Part shown: positions 13,013 through 23,871 of the stretch, piece after piece
How positions within the stretch are numbered: position 1 is the first letter of the stretch
Layout of the letters: each line of letters starts with the position of its first letter
Assembly: GCF_044704955.1 (NCBI RefSeq)
Contig: NC_092003.1
Coordinates: forward strand, 5,952,001-6,016,000
Origin: Pristiophorus japonicus
Taxonomy: Eukaryota
Reading direction: 5' to 3'
DNA length: 64,000 nucleotides
Notes under the pieces: generated by a model
The model's database searches: none
What the model was told of the DNA's origin: nothing
What the model saw: the letters and a program-made list of their open reading frames with translations, nothing else
Position numbers and translations under genes: made by a program

Positions 13013-13669
13013 TCTCCGCCCCTTGCCTCAACTTATCTGCTGCTGAAGCCCTCATCCATGCCTTTGTTACTTCTAGACTTGATTATTCCAATGCACTCCT
13101 GGCCGGCCTCCCACATTTGACCCTACGTAAACTTGAGGTGATTCAAAACTTGGCTGCCCCGTGACCTAACTTGCACCAAGTCCCGCTCACCCATCACCCA
13201 CTGTGCTCGCTGACCTATAATGGCTCCCAGTAAAGCAATGCCTCAATTTCAAAATTCTCATCCTTGTTTACAAATCCCTCCAGGGCCCTCGTCCCTCCCT
13301 ATCTCTGTAATCTCCTCCAGCCCAACAACCCCCCCTCCCCCCCCCCCACCACCACCCCCCCCCCCCCCCCCCGAGATGCCTGCGCTCTTCTAATTCTGAA
13401 CATCCCTGATTATAATCGCTCAACCATTGGTGGCTGTGCCTTCTGTTGCCTAGGCCCCAAACTTTGGAACTCCCTCCCTAAACCTCTCCGCCTCTCTACC
13501 TTTCCTTCGTCCTTTAAGGCGCTCCTTAAAACCTACCTCTTTGACCAAGCTTTTGGTCATCTGCCATAATTTCTTCTGTCAAATTTATTTGTTTTGCCTT
13601 ACAACACTCCTATAAAGCGCCTTGGGATGTTTGACTACGTTAAAGGCGCTATATATATATACAAGTTGT
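13013..13669 (+). mobile_element. L2 LINE 3' end
   Basis: LIHAFVTSRLDYSNALL..APKLWNSLP..FKALLKTYLF L2 motifs; tail AAAGGCGCTATATA shared with the DeuSINEs. Confidence 0.85.
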
Positions 13670-13900
13670 TGACGCTGTTGTTCAATTTTGTGGCAATCAT
13701 CAATAATAAAGAGACCTGCAGCCAGAAACACGAGCAAATGTCCTCTACAGTCAAATATGGAGCTGCAGGTCTCAAGGCCGTTCAGCTAAAACATCCCCAC
13801 AGCCTCTGCATCACCCAAACGGTTTCTGAAATCGGTACAAGGCCGAATCAAAATAGTTACACCGACCTAACCGAAGACCACTGCACCTCCCAATCACATA

Positions 13901-14495
13901 GGCCCCGAACTTGGTGGAAGTTAAGTTCCGCCCAAAAGACCGTTGAGATCCTGACGTTACTTTGGGCGGAAGTTTCATGAAAAAGTCCTGGAAAAACCAC
14001 CCGGCGGCAAAAAAAGGATTCACGTCCTGAATCTGGGCGCCAGCGGGCGGGAGCTCCCAATCTTGGCGGCAAATGCAATCCTCAGCAAAGTACCCACCGA
14101 GGATTGAGTCCGGCCCAGGGAGCGGGGAACAGATAAAAATAAAAATTTCCCCCAAGTTAAAAACACTGGAAAACCTTCAGGGGACCCCCATCCACCTGAA
14201 TCGCTGGAAAAAAATAAAGAAGTGTACTAGCCTTTTTTTGCAGGTCTTCATACTTACTGTTGAGGCTAGACCTGTCTCCACGTGGCGGTCCTGTCCCCTG
14301 TTGCAGCGGAGGCCCGCCTGGACCAAACTGGCAGCTCGGCGGGCGGGAGGACTCTTACGTGTGTTGCACGCCAGTGGGCGGCCCCCAGTGGCCTTCCCTC
14401 CACGCCGGCGGGAGGCCTCCGCCAAACTCGCTCGGAGGGAAGACCGCCCAGAAAACTCGGCGGCAGTGGGCGGTGAGTCCACCAAGTTTGGCCCC
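13901..14495. mobile_element. Harbinger-like MITE
   Basis: 18-bp TIRs GGCCCCGAACTTGGTGGA / rc GGGGCCAAACTTGGTGGA. Confidence 0.65.
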
Positions 14496-14699
14496 ATGGT
14501 GTCCAGCGCTTTCTGATAAGCAAAACAGTATTTCCTGAACTGATCCTTTAAAAAAACATGTCAAATATAATCAGTGTCATTTTTTTTCGATCTGATTATT
14601 TATGGGTGGCTCATGTGCTCCAGTCCATTCCTGCATTGTGTCACAGATGAAGAAACTCGGGTAGAAATTCCCATTCGAGGTGACATTCCCATCTGGCCA

Positions 14700-15186
14700 T
14701 TGGAGGGAGCTGCGTGCAGTGGCATGCCTCTGTAGGGAGCAGCGCGTGCTGCTGCAGGAGGGCGACGGCTGTGAAGTCAGGTCACTGATTGCAGTGCGGG
14801 TAGGCACAGCAGGAGGGGCGAAGGAGCGGCGAGAGATTGTAGAGGGAAGTGACCGGGGCTCAGGAGAGGCGAGGGCCCAGGAGCAGCACGGGCCAGCCCA
14901 CACTGCGATATGTGCGCGCATTAGGTCCGTGCAGCAGAGCTGGTCTCCAGTTGTCTTGGTTAATCCTTGCCACTGGACCAAGACCGAGCTCTGTCGAGCC
15001 CGGGTGGTGGCTGGTGTGCAACGGCCACCACACGTTAAAAAAAATCCACGCACAGGCATCTTCCACCCTTCAGGATGTAGTTCGGGACCTGGAATATTAG
15101 GTCCTTCATTGAAACACCTGTGAACTCATCCCTTTTTGGCGTGGAAGCAAGTCATCCTCGATCCGAGGGACTGTCTATGATGATGA
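14700..15186 (+). mobile_element. Non-coding retroposon (SINE-like) with RTE-type 3' tail
   Basis: Ends GTGGAAGCAAGTCATCCTCG..GAGGGACTG..ATGATGATG like the RTE copies; related copies at 55385-55965 (+) and 56921-57230 (-). Confidence 0.7.
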
Positions 15187-15335
15187 GGACTCCCAAATGG
15201 CAAGTTCCCAGTCTTGGCTGGATCATCGGGTGAAAATACCAACCCTCGGCATGGTGCTTTGCTACTGGGAAAAGAGAAATACTCGGGGATGATCCCGTTC
15301 ACAATTTTGGTTAAATGTTGATTATTTTCTTCCTA

Positions 15336-15890
15336 ATTCATTCTCGGGGTGAGGGTATCACTGGCAAGGCTGGCATTTATTGCCCGTCCCTAGATTCCCT
15401 TGAGAAGGTGGTGGTGGGCCTTCTTCTTGAACTGCTGCAGCCTGTGTGGTGAAGATCGGGAGTTACAGGATTTTGATCCAACAACAATGAGGGAACGGCG
15501 ATATATATATATATATATTTTTTAAAAAATTAAAATTTCGTAGCCAATCTTTCCAATTCTTTGTCAGATCACAAACGCCAGAGGTCACCTTGCACACATC
15601 AAGGATCACCCTGCACTAATGCTCTTAGCCAAAAGGCCTAGAGCCCAAGCACCGTTCCTGGAAGTACTGCAATACCAGGTTCGTGCCATGGAGGTGGATG
15701 GGTCAGGCCCCCCACACACCTCCGTGGAGGTGGATGGGTCAAGCCACCCCACCCACCTCCTCCTATGCGATATATGTCCCAAGTCAGGATGGTGTGTGTG
15801 ATTTGGAGGGTAACGTGGGGCTACTGATGTTCCCATGCATCTGCTACCCTTATCTTTCTAGGTGACGGAGGTCACGGGTTTGAGAGGTTC
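15336..15890 (-). mobile_element. Non-LTR LINE 3' UTR fragment (clade uncertain), host of the U2-derived insert
   Basis: Same family as 35570-35930, 44345-44985 and 62672-63800. Confidence 0.7.
15507..15766 (-). mobile_element. Retroposed insert containing permuted U2 snRNA segments
   Basis: 9-bp TSD GCGATATAT; the minus strand has ACCTGGTATTGCAGTACTTCCAGGAACGGTGC (U2 stem-loop IV) followed by GGCCTTTTGGCTAAGA (U2 nt 11-26). Confidence 0.8.
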
Positions 15891-16055
15891 CTGACGAGCA
15901 GAACAGCAGGCTCGGAGCCTCTCAGTGCAAGAGTGCTGAACTGGCATCAAATAAAGCCAGTCGTGAGCGATAGCATGAAGACGTTAAGCTAACATCAAAT
16001 GGAGGCATTCATTAACCAAGTATGCTTCAACGACTGCATGAATTCAAACAAATGC

Positions 16056-16790
16056 ATCAGCTGTGACTCAGCGGGTAGAACGCTCGCCTCTGAGTCAAAA
16101 GGTTGTGGGTTCAAGTCCCACTCCAGGGACTTGAGCACAAAAAAAATCTAAGCTGACACTCCAGTGCAGTACTGAGGGAGCGGCGCACTGTCGAAGGGGC
16201 GGTACTGAGGGAGCGGCGCACTGTTGGAGGGGCGGTACTGAGGGAGCGGCGCACTGTCGGAGGGGCGGTACTGAGGGAGCACCGCACTGTCGGAGGGGCG
16301 GTACTGAGGGAGCGCCGCACTGTCAGAGGGACAGTACTAGGGGAGGGCCACGGTGTCAGAGGGGCAGTACTGAGGGAGCGCTGCACTGTCGGAGGGGCGG
16401 TACTGAGGGAGCGGCGCACTGTCGGAGGGGCAGTACTGAGGGAGCGGCGCACTGTCGGGGATGCCGTCTTTCGGATGAGACATTAAACCAAGGCTCGGGC
16501 TGCTCTCTCAGGTGGACGTAACAGATCCCGTGGCACTATTTCGAAGAAGAGCAGGCGAGTTATCCCTGGTGCCTGGCCAATATTTATCCCTCAACCGACA
16601 TAACAAAAACAGTTTAATTGATCATTATCACATTGCTGTTTGTGGGAGCTTGCTGTGCGCAAATTGGCTGCCGTGTTTCCCACATTACCTCAGTGACTAC
16701 ACTCCAAAAGTACTTCATTGGCTGTAAAGAGCTTTGAGACGTCCAGTGGTCGTGAAAGGCGCTATATAAATGCAAGACTTTCTTCCTTTC
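16056..16790 (+). mobile_element. Full-length DeuSINE with 33-bp minisatellite (16165-16459)
   Basis: tRNA-like head (A box TGACTCAGCGGG, B box GGTTCAAGTCC), Deu core, L2-like tail. Confidence 0.9.
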
Positions 16791-17460
16791 TTTCTCTCAC
16801 TCCCCACCCTCTCCGCAATGGATGATTTTACCTCCCCCTAATCCAAGGGCGCTGTGGCCAATTGTAGTGCCTCAGTTGCTGCCCCAGCTTACATCAAACG
16901 GCTTACAGCGAACTCAGCACAGACTGGAAGCCAAACATGGGACCTGCTGCTATGTTTTAGTGCAATACTGGTGCCTTTATCCACTAGGCCATCGGGGTAG
17001 CTTAGGCATCAATCGTGACAATTTGTTTTTCTCTTAAAATAAATATCAACGGTGAAAAATATCAACTTCGTACAGTGAAGGTAATTCTCTGAAGCGTGGC
17101 ATTTAAAAAATATTACAGCACAGCATAACTAAAAGAATGTCTGAAATGCAAGGGGAAATTGTGTGTTCATTTTCATACATAAATGGCCAAATTGTAATGA
17201 TAGAATGTAAATGTTGTCACTGAACGTTAAGAGATTTGTAAAGCAGTTTGAGTTGCTAGATTACCAACATCCCCGTGGCATTTGCTGCCTATGGTGGCAG
17301 CTGGTTTTTGCAGCTCGAGTCAGTTTTGCTGTGCTATTTTCAGCAGACACCCCCGCCCCCACCCCCACCCCCCACTCCTCTGGTGCAGCCCGAGCGAGGA
17401 GATGAAATAAAACTGATAAAAATGGGCAGGAAAGGATGTCTTGTCCTGCGTTATACCGAC

Positions 17461-17521
17461 CCTGCACGTCCCCGAAGATCTCGTAATCCACGGATTTCAA
17501 CCCTGTGCTGGAGGAACTCAT
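17461..17521 (-). CDS. Acylphosphatase (ACYP1/ACYP2-like), first coding exon MSSSSTGLKSVDYEIFGDVQ(G)
   Basis: LKSVDYE.FG.VQG is the vertebrate ACYP N-terminus; phase-1 GT donor at 17460; I found no later exons in the window, so they probably lie left of position 1. Confidence 0.88.
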
Positions 17522-18127
17522 CTCTGAAGCCGGCAAGTTCGGACTGGAGTGTGCTGCAGTCTGGCAGCAGATGATTTCTGGCTGCAGTCGCTACAGGATC
17601 CTAATGGGAACAAAATTCTTCTGTCAGTAAGAGAGAGAGGGAGGGAGGGAGCGAATGAGCAAGTGAGAGAACAATGAAGATAGACCCAGGAGTGAAGCAT
17701 ACACTGAATTGCGATCATTATTAGATTACACTGTGGTGGACGTATTTCATTCAAGAATTTAGGATTACTTTGCAATACATTAGGGCATTAATTTGTGCAT
17801 TATTTTGACCACCCATTTAAGCGAGGATATTGAATCCTTTAGGCTTTTTCCACTTTCAGTTTGTACTCATTTTTCGAAGCAGTGAGATTTTGAAATTGCA
17901 GTCACCCTAATCTTATTGCACACACATTTTCACCCGTGAGTCGACAGCCTTGCCAACGTGCCGGATTTTCTCAAATTTGCCACGGTGGCCAGCTGTCAGC
18001 TTCGCTGTTCCCCGTTAGAATTAGGCTGCCCATCACCTCTTTCTCTCTGTGCGTTTGCCTCCTGTCTCGCCCAACCTTTTTATGTCTCGTTTGGGACGCA
18101 AGGGTATTTAGGCATTAAGTTATACAA

Positions 18128-18706
18128 CCATAGAAATTTACAGCACGGAAGGAGGCCATTTCGGCCCATCGTGTCCGTTCCGGCCGACAAAGAGCTATCC
18201 AGCCTAATCCCACTTTCCGGTTCTAGGTCCGTTGCCCTGCAGGTTACAGCACTTCAAGTGCACAACCAAGCACTTTTTAAATGTGGTGAGAGTTTCTGCC
18301 TCTCTCACCCTTTCAGGTGGTGAGTTCCAGACCCCCACAACCCTCTGGGTGAAGAAATTTCCCCTCAAATCCCCTCTAAACCTCCCCCAATTACTTTAAA
18401 TCTCTGCCCCCCTGGTTATAGGCCCCTCTGCTAAGGGAAATAGGTCCGCCCTATCCACTCTATCTAGGCCCCTCATAATTTTATACACCCCAATAAGGTC
18501 TCCCCTCAGCCTCCTCTGTTCCAAAGAAAACAACCCCAGCCTATCCAATCTTTCCTCATCGCTAAAATTCTCCAGTCCAGGCAACATTCTTGTACATCTC
18601 CTCTGTACCCTCTCCAGTGCAATCACATCCTTCCTGCAATGTGGTGACCAGAACTGCACGCAGTACTCTAGCTGTGGCCTAACTAGTGTTTTATACAGTT
18701 CAAGCA
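18128..18706 (-). mobile_element. CR1 3' fragment
   Basis: ORF 18396-18707 LYKTLVRPQLEYCVQFWSP; CR1 3' UTR. Confidence 0.85.
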
Positions 18707-19712
18707 TTTATTTCTGAATAATTATGAATAATTAAAGGTCACGAACATTAACTATCTTTTTTGAAGGTCCCACTATGCAGGACAAAAAAATATAACATAA
18801 AATTGGAACAGCACGCAAGTCAAATCAATTCCCTTAGTCAAAGGAGTGAAGGGTTATGGGGAGCGGGTGGGGAAGTGCAGCTGAGCCCAAGATTAGATCA
18901 GCCATGATCTTATTAAATGGCGGAGCAGGCTCGAGGGGCCAAATGGCCTACTCCTGCTCCCATTTCTTATGTTCTTAACATTTCAGACAGCGACTCCAGG
19001 TTTGTAATCAAACGCTGTGGTTTGGGTGATTGTTATAAATGTCCATATGAACCCCTGATTAGAATACTGCCTTGTAACCTCTTTCAGATAGGCAGTATTC
19101 TGCCGTGCATCCGGGAGAGCGCTGAGCACCTCAAGTCTCATCGCCGAAAGCATGCAGAAATCAAGCGCAGGCAGCGGAAGGAGCGTGCGGCAAACCAGTC
19201 CCACCCTCCCCTTCCCTCAATCTGTCCCACCTGTGACAGGGACTATGGCTCTCGTATTGGACTGTTCAACCACCTAAGGACTCAGTTTAAGAGCAGACGT
19301 AAGTCTTCCTCGATTCTGAGGGACTGCCTATGATGATGATTCTGCCATGAATATTTAGCATAGAAGATAGTCAGTTCATCAACACGAAACAAACACATTT
19401 TTTAAAAGTCTAATCACTTTTGCGTAGAATATGCTTTCGTCATGGATTTTCCATTGCATTTGTTCCGATCTAACATGTTGCGTAACAAATATTTTCTAAA
19501 CGTTTTTACTTACGAGCAAACGGACACTTTTTAACCTCTATTTACCACAATATTGGTTAGCCAACAGCCTGTTTCTGGTCTTCCAACAAACTCCAACCCA
19601 GACTGTGATTGGGAGCTCAAGATTTTAGCAATTGCTTCACAGCGACACTAAGAGTCACCCAAAATGTACTGCCAAAGTTCTTTCTAAGGTGTCAGACTTC
19701 GAAGAAGATATC

Positions 19713-19902
19713 TGTTATGTCTTGAATAAAGAATCTGACCAGATACTATAAGCTCAAAGTAATGTGTGACCAGAGTGCCTCTCCAGCCTGTGAGGCCTCC
19801 TTATGTACAGATGATCCCAAGGGATTGTGGGATCCCTTGGGACTCCAGGGGATAAGCCCTCTGGTGGTTAAACAAGGTATTTACAAGTTTACATATATAA
19901 CA
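19713..19902 (-). mobile_element. Solo LTR related to the Gypsy LTR at 25109
   Basis: TGTTAT...ATAACA termini, 5-bp TSD ATATC; shares the GTCCCAAGGGATCCCA core in reverse orientation. Confidence 0.8.
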
Positions 19903-19936
19903 ATATCTACATTTATTCTGTTTTGCTCCTTTGCGT

Positions 19937-20445
19937 CAGTTGTGGCTCAGTTGATAGCACCCTTGCCTCTGAGTTTGAAGGTTGTGGGTTCAAATCTCGT
20001 TCCAGAGATTTAAGCACATAAATCTAGGCTGATGCTCCAGTGCAGTGCTGAGGGAGTGCTGCATTGTCGGAGGTGCCGTCTTTTGAATGAGACATTATTT
20101 TGTTTTGCCAGTTTCCTCTCCTGAGCCAGCATGAGGTTCAACGCCACAGGCTCAGATCACTCACAGCTCTTCCAAATGGATGCATAAGATCCCATGGCTC
20201 TATTTCGAAGAAGAGCAGGAGAATTATCCCCGGTGTCCTGGGCCAATATTTATCCCTCAATCAGAAAGATTATCTGGTCATTATCACACTGCTGTTTGTG
20301 GGAGCTTGCTGTGCGCAAATTGGCTGCCGCGTTTCCTACATTACACGAGTGACTATTCTTCAAAAAGTACTTCATCGGCTGTTAGGTGCTTTGGGGCATC
20401 CGATGGTCGTGAAAGGCGCTACATAAAGGCAAGTCTTACTTTTCT
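19937..20445 (+). mobile_element. DeuSINE with internal replacement
   Basis: tRNA head, Deu core, tail GAAAGGCGCTACATAAAGGCAAG. Confidence 0.8.
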
Positions 20446-20743
20446 TTTCCACATCACAAAGATTATTTCGGAGAAAATTCATATTTATATTAGTGTGTTG
20501 CTGTGAACAATGTTGTCATTTTGCCCAAGAACGTGGAGAAACCACACCAGCTCAATGAAAATCCCGGGATAACCTCCGAAGTATACAGGTCAGTGGGATT
20601 GTGAAGACAAGCTATTCTGGGTTAAAATGTACCCTTTATTGAGGTGATATAGCTGCGCTGCCCAGACCGACTGCACCACTGCCATGAGTTCCCATTGCTT
20701 AAACCGCATTTCCATGTTGATGCCCGGGGGATGCAACAGTGCA

Positions 20744-21369
20744 CTGACATATGAGGAGAGACTGGATCGACTAGGCTTATATTCACTGGGGTTTTGAAGA
20801 CTATGAGAGAGGGGATCTCATAAAAACAAATAAAATACTGACGGGACTGGACAGGTTAGATGCAGGAAAAATGTTCCCGATGTTGTGAAAGTCCAGAACC
20901 AGGGGACACAGGGGTAAGCCATTTAGGACTGAGATGAGGAGAAACTTCTTCACTCAGAGAGTTGTTAACCTGTGGAATTCTCTACTGCAGAGAGTTGTTG
21001 ATGCCAGTTCATTGTATATATTCAAGAGGGAGTTAGATGTGGCCCTTACGGCTAAAGGGATCAAGGGGTATGGAGAGAAAGCAGGAAAGGGGTACTGAGG
21101 TGAATGATCAGCCATGATCTTATTGAATGGTGGTGCAGGCTCGAAGGGCCGAATGACCTACTCATGCACCTATTTTCTATGTTTCTATGTTAGATATATT
21201 CAAAAGAGAGTTAGATGTGGCCCTTACAGCTAAAGGGATCGAGGGGTATGGAGAGAAAGCAGGAATGGGGTACTGAAGTTGCATGATCAGCCATAATCTT
21301 ATTGAATGGTGGTGCAGGTTCGAAGGGCCAAATGGCCTACTCCTGCACCTATTTTCTATGTTTCTATGC
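20744..21369 (+). mobile_element. CR1 3' fragment plus a second 3' end in tandem
   Basis: Two successive CR1 3' UTRs, each ending TTCTATGTTTCTATG. Confidence 0.85.
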
Positions 21370-21954
21370 ATAAATCACAAAAGTCTGGCACTATTACCAG
21401 GGCAAAGCCTTTTTGGTACATGGAACTCTTGTCCAAGTAGCACTGTTGCTTGGAGCTGCGTCCTTTGCATGTTAAGATTAAACATAGAATTGACAGCTAC
21501 TGGGCATACTGGGCATTGAAGGATCAACGACTACCTCATACTTTCAGCAGCTGCTAGACTTCATTTTATGAGGCCGTCAAATACTGTTCAAGAAAAAACG
21601 TGGTCCGTGAAGAGAAAGATCGTAGACTGTTGTACTAGGGCCGAGATAGTTCTACCGTATAAAGTTATGACCTTAACTATTAGCGCGCAGCAAGTCTGCT
21701 CCTCAGTGAAGGGGGTGCTGTCATGATTTACGGCATTATCAGTTTCCCAATATTTCCACAGTTGCCATGAACTCATTCCTTCCTTTTTTTTATCAATTTT
21801 CTCCCCCTTCCTCTCTTGAGCAAAGCAACTCGCTGCTTTTTGTCTGCGATTTCCAGCAATTGCAGGATTTTCCTTTTAATCAACCCCACTGTACTCTGTC
21901 ATTCTTCAGATTAACACATTTGTTGTGGACATGGTCTTTGAAAAACGATAAAAC

Positions 21955-22343
21955 AACTTAATTTATACAGCGCCTTTAACGTAGTGAAACATGCCAAGGC
22001 GCTTCACAGCAGTGGTTTGAGATAAAAATTTGACAACGAAATGCATAAGTAGAAATTAGTGCAGGTGAGCAAAAGCTTGGTTGACAAGGTAGGTTTTAAG
22101 GAGTGTCTTGAAGGAGGAAAGAGAGGCGGAGAAGCTTAGGGAGCTTGGGGCCCAGGCAGCAGAAGGCACGGCCACCAATGGTTGTGCGGTTATATAAAAT
22201 CAGGGATGCTCAGGAGGGCAGAATTAGAGGAGCGCAGACATCTCGGGGGTTGTGGGGCTGGAGGAGATTACAGAGATAGGGAGGGCCATGGGGGGATTTG
22301 AAAATAAGGATGAGAATTTTGAAATCGAGGTGTTGTTTAACCA
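21955..22343 (-). mobile_element. L2 3' end
   Basis: Reverse complement of the L2 tail at 13250-13660. Confidence 0.75.
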
Positions 22344-22681
22344 CAGATTATGCTTTACCATTTGAAACACAAGCGTGTTTTGTGCCAAAACACATATGGC
22401 TGGAACAAATCCCTTTGGACCCTGCTTCCGAAAAAGCACCTGCACCTTCCCCGCCAGTCACCCATTGCAAGACATGATGGTAGAGCTTGCAGCTACAATT
22501 CGCTTTGCGCATTTATCGTTTGAAACCCACATCTTAAGGCCACACTTACTCTTTGGTTGATCCCAACCTTCTGGGTAACAGCGTGACCATTCTATGATGA
22601 CGCGTAGATGTAGCAGTCTCAGAGACACATGTGCAGTCCCCAAAATATGGCTGCTGCCAGCAACATAGTACTTGCATCTTA

Positions 22682-23472
22682 GAAAGACTTGCATTTATAT
22701 AGCGTCTTTCACGACCACAGGACGTCCCCAAAGCGATTTACAGCCAATGAACTACTTTTTGGAGTGTAGTCATTACAGCCATTATTTGAACTGTAGTCAC
22801 CGTTGTAATGTGGGAAACGGGGCAGCCAATTTGCGCTCAGCAAGCTCCCACAAGCAGCAATGTGATAATGACCAGATCATCTGTTTTTGTTATGTTGGTT
22901 GACGGATAAGTATTGGCCCCAGGATACCAGGGATAACTCCCCTGCTCTTCTTCGAAATAGTGGCCATGGGATCTTTTACGTCCAGCTGAGGGAGCAGACG
23001 GGGCCTCAGTTTAACCTCTCATCCGAAAGACGGCACCTCCGACAGTGCAGTGCTCCCTCAGTACTGCCCCTCTGACAGTGCAGCGCTCCCTCAGTACTGC
23101 CCCTCCGACAGTTCACCACTCCCTCAGTACTGCCCCTCCGACAGTGCGGCGCTCCCTCAGTATTGCCCCTCCGACAGTGCGGCACTCCTTCAGTACTGCC
23201 CCTCCGACAGTGCGCCGCTCCCTCAGTACTGCCCCTCCGACAGTGCGGCGCTCCCTCAGTACTGCCCCGCCGACAGTGCGGCGCTGCCTCAGTACTGCCC
23301 CTCCGACAGTGCGGCGCTCCCTCAGTGCTGCCCCTCTGACAGTGTGGCGCTCCCTCAGCACTGCACTGGAGTGACAGCCTAGATCTTTGTGCTCAAGTCT
23401 CTGGAGTAGGACTTGAGCCCAAAACCTTCTGACTCAGAGGCGAGGGTGCCATCAACTGTGCCACTGGCTGAC
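22682..23472 (-). mobile_element. Full-length DeuSINE with 33-bp minisatellite (23036-23365)
   Basis: Reverse complement of the 16056-16790 structure, about 10 repeat units. Confidence 0.9.
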
Positions 23473-23844
23473 ATATTATTCCATTCTGAATGATCACTCT
23501 GAACTGTGTCTGCCTCTTGCATGAATAGTACACAGCTTCTGCATACAAACGTTAAGCATTATGAGCATTTGTAGGTACCTAGTGTACACGTACATATATG
23601 GGATTAAGCAGAGCCGAGACACATACAGACCCAGAACATTAATGATGGAATAGCTTGCGCAGTCAGAGGTTGGATTAAAAATGATTTATTTTAAAAACGT
23701 GTCATAAATGATAACCATACGTGCATCTAATTGTATTGATCATGTTAAGTAAACATCTGTCCATTGGCAGATTTATCAATCTGGACTGAAAGCATCAGGG
23801 CAATGGCTTGGAAGCAAAACATTTCTAATTCATACGCACTGGTA

Positions 23845-23871
23845 GTTTCCATGGAAACGCTCCTTAGAAAC
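23845..23871. promoter_or_regulatory. RFX X-box palindrome in unique DNA; candidate promoter of the GPR75-like gene
   Basis: Perfect palindrome GTTTCCATGGAAAC (23845-23858) plus adjacent X-box-like GCTCCTTAGAAAC; candidate donor CTG|GTATGT at 24214/24215. Confidence 0.45.

Noticed and set aside
15600-15700. Functional U2 snRNA gene
   Set aside because: Segments are out of order, and the Sm site, stem II and an intact branch-point recognition sequence are missing
16056-16130. tRNA genes at SINE heads
   Set aside because: A/B boxes run directly into the Deu core; these are tRNA-derived SINE heads, not tRNA genes
17261-17536. 91-aa ORF read as a complete protein
   Set aside because: It starts at a TTG and reads into the intron; only 17461-17521 is ACYP-like
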